DNA of 64,000 nucleotides from Rotaria socialis. Its lineage: Eukaryota. Positions 1-11,165 of this stretch are shown one piece after another. Every line of letters starts with the position of its first letter. The first letter of the stretch is position 1. The notes beneath the pieces were generated by a model. The model was not told where the DNA came from. It made no database searches and worked only from the letters and a program-made list of their open reading frames with translations. The DNA lies in assembly GCA_905331295.1 (NCBI GenBank), contig CAJNYD010000065.1:1-64000 (forward strand). Direction: 5' to 3'. A program made the position numbers and the translations under genes.

Positions 1-56
1 ATGGCTTTGACCAACGACTTATCCCCCCCTACAATTTTTTTCTGGTTACGCCCCTA
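1..56. mobile_element. Probable terminus of a non-autonomous DNA element abutting the integrase remnant
   Basis: Ends ...tttttttctggttacgcccct, a GC-rich TIR-like end; integrase-like codons start right after. The other end lies outside the window. Confidence 0.35.
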
Positions 57-60
57 TCCA

Positions 61-1170
61 TATGTACCGTACATTTCACGATTAGATTTAGTTATTAAAA
101 CACATACTTCGTATGGACATATAGGAGTTGATGCTATACAAGAATTGTTACAAACAAGAGGTTAGTGGCCGAGAATGAATTATGATATTAAACAATGGGT
201 CAAAACATGCATTAAATGTCAACTTGCCACTTGCGGTAAAACTACAACAGAACCATTGCATCCTTTAACACTGGTACCAGCTTTGCATCGTTGTAGTCTT
301 GATTTCATTGGTCAACTACCAGTTACACGAAATGGTAACCGTTGGATATTAGTCGCAATCAACCATACAACAAAATGGCCAATAGCTAAAGCTACTCAAA
401 ATTTAAAACATGAAATGGTTGCTCAATTTGTTTATGAAGAAATAGTTTTTAAATTTGGATGTCCAGTGGAAATATTGACTGATCGTGGTAATAATTTTAC
501 AACAACAATGTTAAACTCATATTATACATTAATTAGTATCAAGCATATCTTAACGTCTGCTTATCATCCACGATCGAATGGTGTTATCGAAAGGTTTAAT
601 CGTCTATTTGGTGGCATGCTGGCAAAATATGTAGGTGATAATGATATTAATAAATGGGATGAATACATCGATCGTGCATTGTTTGCATGTCGAGTCCGAC
701 AACATCATGCCACAGGTAAAACTCCATTTTATATGGTATACGGTGTTGAAGCAAAATTACCAGGTGATGAATTAATACCAATTATTAATGATGATGAAGA
801 CAACAACATCACCTGTCGTGTACAACAATTAGGTCAACTAGTGCAACAACGTGATACTGTTCATCAACGCCTTAATTCAAATGCTATTAAGATGAAAATT
901 TATTACGACCACCATTTAAAACATGTTGCTGATAAATTATAACCAGATGATTGGGTTTTAATTCACAATAAAAACAGAAAGAAATTTCAACTTCACTGGC
1001 TTTGTCCATACAATATCAAGAAGATTTGTCCTTTAGGAACATATCAATTAGAAGATGTCAAAGGCCAATTGAAATTAGATTTAGTACATCGTGATATGTT
1101 AAAACGAGCGTACATCGATTCTATACCAACTCAACAATGGTATAAACCGTCGCGTCGAAAACAAAAATAA
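61..1170 (+). pseudogene. Ty3/gypsy integrase (HHCC zinc finger, DDE core, GPY/F-like C-terminus) with in-frame stops
   Basis: One frame reads THTSYGHIG...RG*WPRMNYDIKQWVKTCIKCQ, then SLDFIG, LTDRGNNF, YHPRSNGVIERFN, KTPFYMVYG. After the stop at 940-942 it continues PDDWVL...HWLCPY...KQK* to 1170. Stops at about 163-165 and 940-942. Confidence 0.9.
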
Positions 1171-1190
1171 GCATATAATAGTTCTGTTTT

Positions 1191-1314
1191 AAAGAATGGG
1201 AGAGTGTTATTGAATAAAAAAAGACGCGAAGAATAAGAAAGGGTTAATCATGTTGTTCTGTGAAAGTCAGTCGAATTTTAACTGCTCTCTTGATCGTGTC
1301 TTTGTTTTTTTTTT
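1191..1314 (+). mobile_element. Polypurine tract (1191-1204) and start of a 3' LTR (from 1205), truncated by the gap
   Basis: aaagaatgggagag is followed by TGTTATTG; the following ~100 nt align by eye (about 80%) with the reverse complement of 4347-4492. Confidence 0.8.
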
Positions 1315-1889
1315 NNNNNNNNNNNNNNNNNNNNNNNNNNNNNNNNNNNNNNNNNNNNNNNNNNNNNNNNNNNNNNNNNNNNNNNNNNNNNNNNNNNNNN
1401 NNNNNNNNNNNNNNNNNNNNNNNNNNNNNNNNNNNNNNNNNNNNNNNNNNNNNNNNNNNNNNNNNNNNNNNNNNNNNNNNNNNNNNNNNNNNNNNNNNNN
1501 NNNNNNNNNNNNNNNNNNNNNNNNNNNNNNNNNNNNNNNNNNNNNNNNNNNNNNNNNNNNNNNNNNNNNNNNNNNNNNNNNNNNNNNNNNNNNNNNNNNN
1601 NNNNNNNNAATTTTTAAAAATTGAATGTATAAAAGAAAAAAAAATTTGAAATAATTTAATGATAAAAAAAAAAATTCAATTACAAAAAATTGAAAAACTG
1701 AAAGAATTTTAATCTAGAAATTTTAAAAAAAAATAAAAACTGTGCATTTCACTGCTTGTAATAGAATGACTTATGAACGAAAATGTGATAAACACCACTA
1801 TTTATACTAATTTTCTGTGACTAAGTTTTATTGTTCGAGTGTAGCCAATTACAAATAAGGAGGAATAATTTGTAATTGGCCATTTATAC

Positions 1890-2069
1890 CTACAACAGAT
1901 CGTAGGATGCGATCACTAGGACGCAGTTACGTTGATCTGAGTCATACTAAGCGTAGTTTCTTGTAGAAATCTTCACTACGATCAATGCGCCATAGTTACG
2001 CGTAACTGCGACGCAGAATTGGCTCTACGCGTAACTGCGGCACAGTTGATAAAAAAGAGGCGACATGGG
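1890..2069. mobile_element. MITE-like remnant at the point where RT homology stops
   Basis: Repeated palindromic core (agttacgcgtaact, tacgcgtaactgcg). Ends cgacatggg, whose reverse complement CCCATGTCG resembles the CCCAGGTCG terminus at 29091. Confidence 0.4.
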
Positions 2070-4329
2070 ATAGAATTCATCAATCTCATAAGTGTCAGTG
2101 GTGCGCTTGTTAAACCAAATGGTAGTACAATAAATTCAAATGATCCATAACGTGTTCGAAATGCAGTCTTTTAGATATGATCATCTTTAATTCTAATTTG
2201 ATGATAACCGGTTCTTAAATCAAGTCTTGAAAAGATTTTTGCACCGTTAAGTTGGTCTAACATTTCATCAATACGTGGAATTGGGTACTTGTTTTTTATG
2301 GTAATTTTATTCAATGTACGGTAATCAACACACATACGTAATGTGCCATCCTTTTTCTTGGCAAATTAAACCGGAGCAGCATATGGTGACTTGCTACGAC
2401 GGATAAAACCTTTTTCTAATAAAATTTCTAGCTGACGCTTTAATTCAACTAATTCCGGTTGTGACATTCTGAATGGCGGTTGAGATGGTGGTGTGACATT
2501 TTCAAGTATTTTTACTTCATGATCTATATCACGTATTGGTGGTAATTCGATTAAATCATCTGGAAATACGTCACTAAATTCTTCGAGTAGCTGTTTGAGT
2601 TGTTTATTGGTTGATGATACTGTAGTAATAGAATAATCGGATGTTGTTTTAATCGTCACCAAGTAAACCTTTTTACACCTTGATAGTTGTTTCGCATTAA
2701 TTAGAATATTATTAGTATATTCTACATCATTGACATATTTATCATAAACATTATTATTGTCGAAAAAATGTTGTTTTAAGCAGATATTTTCGATCATTTT
2801 TTTATAATGGTGATGGTTCGTGTTTGCCAATTTATACGAGGATTATTTTTAAATAACCATGGCAGACCTAAAATCACATCGTGGTTTGCTTTAGAATTAA
2901 TTGGAAAAACATAAGCTAATGTTATTTTGTCGTTGAAATCATCTAATTTCAGGTCAAAATCCACCAATGCTTGATCTATATATGACGTCACTCCATTAGC
3001 AATAGTGACTGAAACACGTGGAGTATTGCTGATTTTGAATTTATGACGTTTAATAAAATCTTCAGATATAAAATTATGTGATGTACCACAATCGATAAGT
3101 GCATGTGCATCATATCCATTGACATTCCCTTCTAAATATAGCAAGGCTGATTTATCGATATCTTTTGCTGTCATCATTGACCTAATTTCACGAACTGGAT
3201 CGGTAGCAATATCAGCATTTTCTAGTACTATTTTATCATGAATAGCATCTTGTTGTTTGAGCAGACTAAGTCGATTCGATTCAGTAGCATCTCGAACATG
3301 TGGAAAACTAGAAACAATGGAAGAACTTAAAACATCTAGATGACACGAGGATTCAAAAGAAGAAGAAGAGGTAGATGTGCTCCCCGCCACATCTACCACT
3401 GGCCGTTTTTTCGATATGAAGATTCTGATGAACGTTGGTACTGTTGCTGTTGTGGTCGTTTTGGACATTTCAAGGCACGATGACCTGGTTCTTTGCAATA
3501 AAAACATAAGCCAAATTTAAAACAATCATCTTTTGTTGTAGCTGTAGTAAATGGTGTCGTGTGGCGTTGTTGCTGTGATTGTCGTGAATTAATAGCGTTG
3601 AATTCTGCATTAGCAGAGGGCTTCAAAAAATGGATTAAATTTGTTGTTATTAGTTTTACTAATAGCCATAACATTGCCGTAAGTAGTTGCTTCACGTATA
3701 GCTTCTTCAACCGTTTGTGGATGTTTGAACTGTACATATAAACTGGTGTTAAGTGACAAACCGTTTACGAATAACATAACTTATTGTGTTAATTCGTCCA
3801 TACTAGCGGTTTGACCGACTAGGCTTCGAAAAAAATGAATGTAATCGTGTAAGGACTGTTTCTGACGTAATTGCAATAATTGTTGTCGAAGGTTTTCTTG
3901 AAAATCAATTGGTTGAAACTTAGATTTTAATTTATTCTTAAATTCATTCCAAGGTGATGGTCCTTGATTTTTCAATTTCAAGTTGGCAAACCATTGTAAA
4001 GCAGTGCCACCTAATAAGCTCGCAGCTAGCGAGATTTTCTCATCATCAATAATGCATCGATTTTTCATAATTTCCTCTAATGCTATCAACCAGGTAATGA
4101 CATTTTCTTCACTTGTTCCATTGTATTCTTTCGGTTTAACGTTTATCTTGTTAATTGATCGTGATGATGTATCAGTCGATGAATGAAGTGGTGTTGAAAT
4201 AAGTGCCTGTTGAGCTTGAGCTTGAGTTTGTATTTCTTTTCGTTGTTCATGCATTTCTTCGATAATGATAGTGTTCATTTGAATTACTAGCTCTAATAAA
4301 TTTTCTAAATTTGTACCTTCAATCGGCAT
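2070..4329 (-). pseudogene. Ty3/gypsy gag-protease-RT (RT truncated), disrupted by stops and frameshifts
   Basis: Gag: KPKEYNG...WLIALE...ALQWF...LRQKQSLHDY and CCHC knuckle CFYCKEPGHRALKC. Protease: ALIDCGTSHNFIS and [79 protein letters not shown]...KTAFRTRYG...PFGL, ending before YxDD. Confidence 0.92.
3370..3411 (-). promoter_or_regulatory. -1 programmed ribosomal frameshift signal at the gag/pol junction
   Basis: Minus strand: slippery heptamer A AAA AAC (3405-3411) in the gag frame, a 7-nt spacer, then a perfect 10-bp stem GGTAGATGTG/CACATCTACC with an 8-nt loop. The pol ORF is in the -1 frame. Confidence 0.85.
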
Positions 4330-4330
4330 T

Positions 4331-4492
4331 ACTCGCTGCTACCAAATGTTAGCTTTTGCTTACGAATCGTTTTATTGTTAACAGAAAAGCAGAGACACGA
4401 TCAAGAGAGCAATTACCATTCAACTCACTTTTTCAGAACAAAGTCATTAACCCTCTCTTCTCTTTTTCGCGCCTTTTTTTTATCCAATAACA
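4331..4492 (-). mobile_element. 5' LTR (4347-4492, 146 bp) and primer-binding site (4331-4344)
   Basis: Minus strand TGTTA...TAACA termini with an internal AATAAA, 2-nt spacer, then TGGTAGCAGCGAGT (resembles an initiator tRNA-Met PBS). The gag ATG follows almost immediately. Confidence 0.85.
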
Positions 4493-6547
4493 CTAGTCTG
4501 ATGCTTAAGTTGAAAAGTACTATTACCGATTCATTCGATATCAATAACGAAATGTTAAAGCCGATCGTCTGTTTCGTGTTGTAGGACTTACTTTAATGGA
4601 TGGAAGACATTGTCTAGATCACAACAATTGAAATGTATGCTTTATGTTTGTGCCAATATGAAAAACTTGTGACATGTAATGCTCTTTCGCAAGTATGAAA
4701 AAAATATAATTTGATATCTAATTTTTAACACTATCTTTGCTTGCTTGAATTTATTTTGTAATAGATCGTAATGACTTTTTCCCAATCTTTACAAAAGTTG
4801 GATAACATCATCAAATGATTGGTGTCAATTCAAAGTTTTCTTGTATGAAACTCAAGATCGTGGCTTCAACTTTCAATGACGTACACGAACGTGATGTTTT
4901 CATATTTGTATGAAGATGAATAAATTACGCAAATGAAACTAAATATTATACATTTTTTGTTATTTATCAAATCGAATAAATTTCGAAAACCAAAATCGTT
5001 AATCGACAATCGTGGTGTCAAATTATTTGATGATCTATCGTTGAAAATGAATACATAATAGAAGTAAAAGATTTCTTTAATCATTTTTTAATCAGGATAG
5101 AAATTAATGTGGTGCATTATTAATATGCAATCCATGATTTTGTAAAAAACAAAAAAGGCAAAATAAACCATTGACATTGTATACATTGCTGAAAAATAAT
5201 TAAAATCAACAGTAATGCTGGAATTTTATTTGACATTAATTACTATTCACTTTTCTTAAACTTTTCTATTTGATCCTATTCTAGCTTTTGCATGTTAGAA
5301 TTGAAAGTAGTCATGAACAACTCTGCCTCTTAATCTTTATTTATTGCTGTGTTTAATCTATTTTCTGCTAGTTATTTTTCACTTCTAAAGTTGCAACACT
5401 TTTAGCAGAATCGTATACCATGTCTTGCTTGAAAGCTGAAATATAGTATGCACTTTGTTTTAATACATTAGATAAATATAATTACTTTGATGTTTCTTTT
5501 ACAATAGATGGAAAACTAGATGTACATGTGTATCATCGTTTCTATTAATATTTTTTTGCTTCAATACATGAAAGAAGTCAAAGAAGATATATTTTGATTC
5601 TAAATCTAGTCATTTCGTGGCCAACAAATTTATTTTATATGGTTAGGTACTAGAGTATATTTCATCCTCAATAATGTCTTCATGCCAGATATAGTTTTAA
5701 TGTTCTTGTAGATATAGTACAATATAACCTGTTTTCTCTTGAAAAGAAAGTCATTGTTTCATATATGAAATCTTTTGGCAAATACATATTATTTATATCA
5801 AACTTTGCTCAAATTCTTCGATAGATATAAATGATCCTATCTTACAGCATGTGCATATCTTCTATATATAAAGATAGAGAGATCTTGAGCGACGATTATC
5901 ATTATTGCCCAGTAAAATATGAAGTAAAAAGGTTAAGTATTATGAAGCTAATTTCAATTATGATTGAGATCGAAATCAAACTAATACAAAAATAAATAAA
6001 TAAATTTCTTATAGGATAGAATCAGCTAAGTTTTTTCTTGTTTATTTTCATTTAAAAAACACAATCAGCAATAGTATTGATGACACTATCTTCATTCTGC
6101 TTGATGTTTTTTCGTTAATCAGTATATATTATTTATACTGACTGACGTAAACAACAACGTTTTTCCTATAATGCTTACTTACTCATTATCTGATTTATCG
6201 ATTGGTTAACATCAATTCATTCAGTATTTGTTTCGATCATTTTTATTGCGTTCTTTATTTTGACATGCAAACATCAATAAAAAAATCTCTTTTTATTCTC
6301 CAATTTCTTTTTACATTAGTGCATAGGAAATATAACGAGTATCTCACTCGTCAATAATATTATTCTTGCACATTTTTTTTATTTCTCTTAACTTCAATCA
6401 CTTCGACGAATCAAATTGAAAGGTAGATGTTGTTGACTGAAAAAAAAAGTTGAGCGATGAATAAGAAACACATTGCATTTAAGTTTAACCTTGTTGTATC
6501 GTTCTCTCAATAGAAACGAAACATTCTCGTAGAATATTTACCTATAC

Positions 6548-7787
6548 ATGCCAATGACATCAACATCATCGAGACCAGAATTACTTCGACTCTCATCAGC
6601 GCCACTTTCCCCATTAGAATATTTTACCGATTCATCAAATACTATCAATATCAAATCTGACGTTATTTTAGTTGTTGGTCAAGTAAAATTTTATTGTCAT
6701 CGTTTACTATTAACATTAGTTTCACCTGTATTTGCACGAATGTTTGAAGGTGCATTTAAAGAACATAACGAACAAGAAATAGTCCTAGAAGGGAAATCAA
6801 CTGAAAGCATACTTGAATTATTAAAATATATTTATCCACAATTTAATGGTCACATTACTAATGATAATGTCGATGATTTTCTTCAATTAGCTGATGAATA
6901 TATGATTGACCATCTTAAACAACCATGTAAAGATTTTTTACTTCAACAACTGGAATCATTCAAATTTGTTGTACTTCCAACGCAAAAGAAACTTCAAGAG
7001 GTAGTTTGTTTACTATCATAGTTTTTTTGTTTTCGAAATTCCATTAATTTTATTAATATTATTTTCTTAGTCACCTGCCAAATCAAAAAGTTTTCATGCA
7101 AGTGATTCAGCATTGAATTCCCCACGCAATAATGATGATCATTCACCAGGACAGGGAAATGCTTCAAGTCGTCCTAATTCATCACATCGAGGAACTCCAA
7201 ATACTCGATATCCTTCATCAAAACCCAGTTCAACATACCTGAAACCAGGCGACAAAACAGGAGTATCATCTAATACTCCCTCTCGTTATATTATTCTTCT
7301 TGATAAATCACAAATGCCTGCTTTCTATGATGTACATAACACACAAGTTTCATTTAGTAATAATGAACTAGAAATATGGCTTCGTCGTTTACGTATACTT
7401 TATCAAATTGATAGAGGCCGAAATTATGGCGAAGTTATTGATTATATATTGAGTATTCTTCAATTTATACCTACTACTCTCCTTGCATCTCATGTACATA
7501 TGACAATGGATACTTATACAGCCGATGAAATTATGCTAAATGATTTGAATCGTGCACGATTGTACGCTCTTGAAGAATGGGCTGCAGATGGCGATTCACG
7601 TCGTTCAGTAAACTTAACAGAATCCTATCGAACAATGTCTCCTAGCGCTTTAATTATTGCTCAACAAACAACAATTACGACAGCACAAGTAAGCAGCAAT
7701 GAAGAAAATTCTTTTCAACCAACTATAATCACGATGTCCAATTCGGACGAAGAAATTCCAATGAATCTTTTAAATAATGCTGATTAA
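6548..7787 (+). CDS. BTB/POZ-domain protein, 2 coding exons (6548-7000, 7071-7787)
   Basis: SDVILVVGQVKFYCHRLLLTLVSPVFARMFEGAFKE...LLKYIYP...LADEYMIDHLKQPC is a BTB signature; the GT-AG intron 7001-7070 joins both ORFs in frame. Confidence 0.9.
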
Positions 7788-8198
7788 AGCTTTTTCGTTA
7801 CATTCGTTAATGAACAAATTTCATGTATTCTTTTTCTTTTTAATAATATTTAATGCATATTAAATTGTCTCATCAACAATAATCTGATTAGAGTTTTGTT
7901 TTCTATTGTTTTCTGTTTTCCTCAAATTTTGAATAAAATTCACAATATTACTCTGTTCACTTCCAGTGTAAAGCAGCGTGTTTCAACGACCTCTATTATT
8001 GAAATCTCAGAGTATATGCAAGTGACCTACCAATCAAAGTTTTTTTTTTCTTTCAGTTAAGCAATGCTTTTCTTTTTTCTCATCAGTTTATTAAATTAAA
8101 TACACTTTGATTTTTTGTCAATCTTTTTATTCCAAGAAACCAGTATATTTGTCTTTCAATATCAAAAATCTTGTTTTTAAACCTACAAACAAATTCTT

Positions 8199-11035
8199 AT
8201 GTCCTTGATTAATTTTAAAAACATTCTCTCTTGTTCAAGTGAAGATCGAGTTAGTTCAAAGCAATGCAAACAAAAATTAGTCTTTTGCTGCATTATTAAA
8301 TCGATTCTTCTATTTAGGTTCATTGTGCTAAAAATTTACTTGAACCAGAACAATATAAAAAATGGTTATCATCTGATAGTACTGACGAACGTATAGTATG
8401 TGTTCTTGAATTCGAAACGCCTAGTTTAATAAACTCTGTTGATATTGGTAATGATGGTAGTGCATTTATTGAACTATTAGTTTCTCAATCAACGTCTGAT
8501 GAATGGACTGCACTTTTACCTCAGACAATGTTAATGACTCCGAATGAATCACGTTCAAATAAAAATCGCAATCAAATTAAAGTTTTCAAATCTAACGATT
8601 TAAATAAAACATGTTTAAATGAAAAATGGGATCGATTAAAAATAATATGCGAACAAAAATTTAATTCATCAAATCAGTTTGGTTTAACTTTTATTAAAGT
8701 CAATTCAATGGCTGATGGTGCTCAAAAAACAGAATTAGTTAATAAATCATTAAATAGTGTAGTAGATGAAGATGAAAACGAAATTGTAAACGAACCAAAT
8801 AAAATCGGTTCATTTTTTACTGAGAATAAATTCAAATCAATATCCACTGATAATGAAAAAGCTATTTCAACAAATATTGCTGAAGAATTATCAGCTAAAA
8901 AATCAGCAAATGATAATCAAAGTCAAATATTGAAAAAAAATGATGTACAAGTAAAAAAATTGGTTTTTATTTTCAGAAAAATGTTTATTATTCTTTCTTT
9001 TAGACTGATAAATGTCCAATAATGAAAAATGTTGTTTTTGTTTTAAGTGGTTTTCAAAATCCATTACGATCACAATTACGTAATAAAGCAGTTTCAATGG
9101 GTGCTACTTACAGCGATGATTGGAATGAGAAATGTACTCATCTCATGTATGCGTTTAAATCATTATATTGTAAAACACAAATTAACTGAAGTATATGTGA
9201 TCGAACGAATAGAAACTACTTTTCTGTACTCATCAATATGTTAAAGTCTACTATGAGGCAATACTAGTTGAGATTTCGAGAGTCTATTTTGTTACTACCT
9301 TCAATTCACTATATCTGTCTGCATACGGCAACCTAAGAATCTATGATGGTTATCTACTTAGAAGAGTTGTAGCAAAATGAATTTTGGAATATCATCAGAA
9401 GTTGTACACGATTTAATTCTAAGATTATGAGAAACCTCATAAATATCTAAGAAAGCGAAAAACATAGACTTCTCCACCTTTACTTCTTGAGTTAGTTTCC
9501 AAAAGTCATAAAAATGAAATCGTTTCATTCTAGTTCTGCATTCCCAAATACTCCAAAATTTAATGAAGTTCTACAAACAGGAAAAGGTATGATTGTTAGT
9601 AAACACTGGATCATGGATTGTTGTAAACAAAATCAGTTATTATCTGAAAAGTCTTACAACCTAAAGGAAAAAACTGATAAAGAAACATCAAAAAGAAAAT
9701 TAGAAGCAACCAATAGAAAAAATGTAGACGAAGAAGAAGCTGTTGATACAAACGATACTACGGAAAGAACTTCGGTGAAAAAACCATCTCGAGCTACAAA
9801 TAAAACTGCAAACAAGAAGAATCAATTTGAACAAATACCAGATATTTTTCATGGCAAACATTTCTATGTATCTTATGGTGACTATGATGATAATACCCTT
9901 CTCGGCATAACGAGAGTTATACTTGCTTATGATGGAATTTTGGACAGACAAATTACGTCGGATGTGAAATATGTTATTACAAATCGAATGTGGAATCAAG
10001 ATTTTGCAAAGGTTTAAGTGATTTCTCATGTTTCAAATCAGATTTAAAGAATAGTGTAAAGTTATAGTCAGTTAAGAAACAGAAAGATTTACACAATTTT
10101 TTACGGATATCAAAGACTATGTTGTTTTTTTTGGTAGCAGATCAACTTATTTTATTTACTAAACAGTAGTTTGCAAAGTTTAATATCATTTCCTGCTCTT
10201 ATTATAGAAATGGAGTGTCATATTTTATACTACCTAGAATTCTATTTAAGTAAACGTCACAAAAGTGATCTCAGCAGGCTTGTATCCGTGCAAAATCATT
10301 ATCACGTATGAAGAACAATTGAAGAGTTTGATTCGTCAGTAATGCAACAAGAGAAAGAATCTATGATGGCAACTAAGCAATACTAAAAAGGTAGTAGCTT
10401 GAAAGATATTACAAACAATTCGAGACAGAGATAACTACTTCAAGATCGAATGAGACGAGGGAAGTATGTCTCATATCAGTAAATATTCTTGCTCGTTTCT
10501 AATGGCTAACTACTGAAGGAAATACTCCGATCGATTGTATTTCTTGAATGATTCCTTTATAAGGGATTGTTGAAATATGTCCGACATCAGTTATTTTTGA
10601 GCCTTTAAAGTCACAACATTTGTGTTTTCATTTAAGACAGATACATTATGACAAATATAATTATCATATGTGGAGACTTTGACATAACCAATTGAGATAC
10701 CGAACGTAGATCCTTTTGAGATCATCATCATTTTTTCAATTGTTCTCATTTGAGCAATTTTAATAATGCTACTTCCTTAAACAGCACTATAATCTATTGA
10801 AATGAAATAACTCAGTATTCTTGTAATATTCTATGATTTACATCGTGAATTTCTTATACAGACAATATCTAACGAAACAATAATTACTGTATCAATTTTA
10901 ATATATTTCTTTTGTTTTTAAATTTAGATCTCAAAGTCAAATCCAGATATAAATTTCATAAGTCTTGATTGGTTGCAAGATTGTCATGATGCAGATCAGT
11001 TTGTACCAATTCAACCATATTTAGTTGTTCCTTAG
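8199..11035 (+). CDS. XRCC1: DNA repair scaffold XRCC1 (N-terminal domain plus two BRCT domains), multi-exon
   Basis: SCSSED|VHCAKNLL...SVDIGNDGSAFIELLV...MTPNESRS...KWDRLKIICEQ...FGLTFI; BRCT1 VLSGFQNPLRSQLRNKA...CTHLI|SAFPNTPKF; BRCT2 IPDIFHGKHF...AYDG; last exon 10928-11035 WLQDCH...PYLVVP*. Confidence 0.95.
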
Positions 11036-11165
11036 TGTGACCTATAAAAATTTTTCTTTCTTTTTTTTATCAATGCAGATCTGCAATTCAATTAAATAAT
11101 GTGTTTTTTTGCTCAGTTTACTGTGATATAGTGGTGAAGGTTTCTTACATTTTAGATTAAATAAA

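Noticed and set aside
1250..1649. ORFs spanning N runs (also 31783-32112 and 49010-49340)
   Set aside because: Artefacts of assembly gaps.
1844..1880. Small hairpin gccaattacaaat...atttgtaattggc as a possible Helitron end or terminator
   Set aside because: No CTRR terminus follows and there is no other supporting context.
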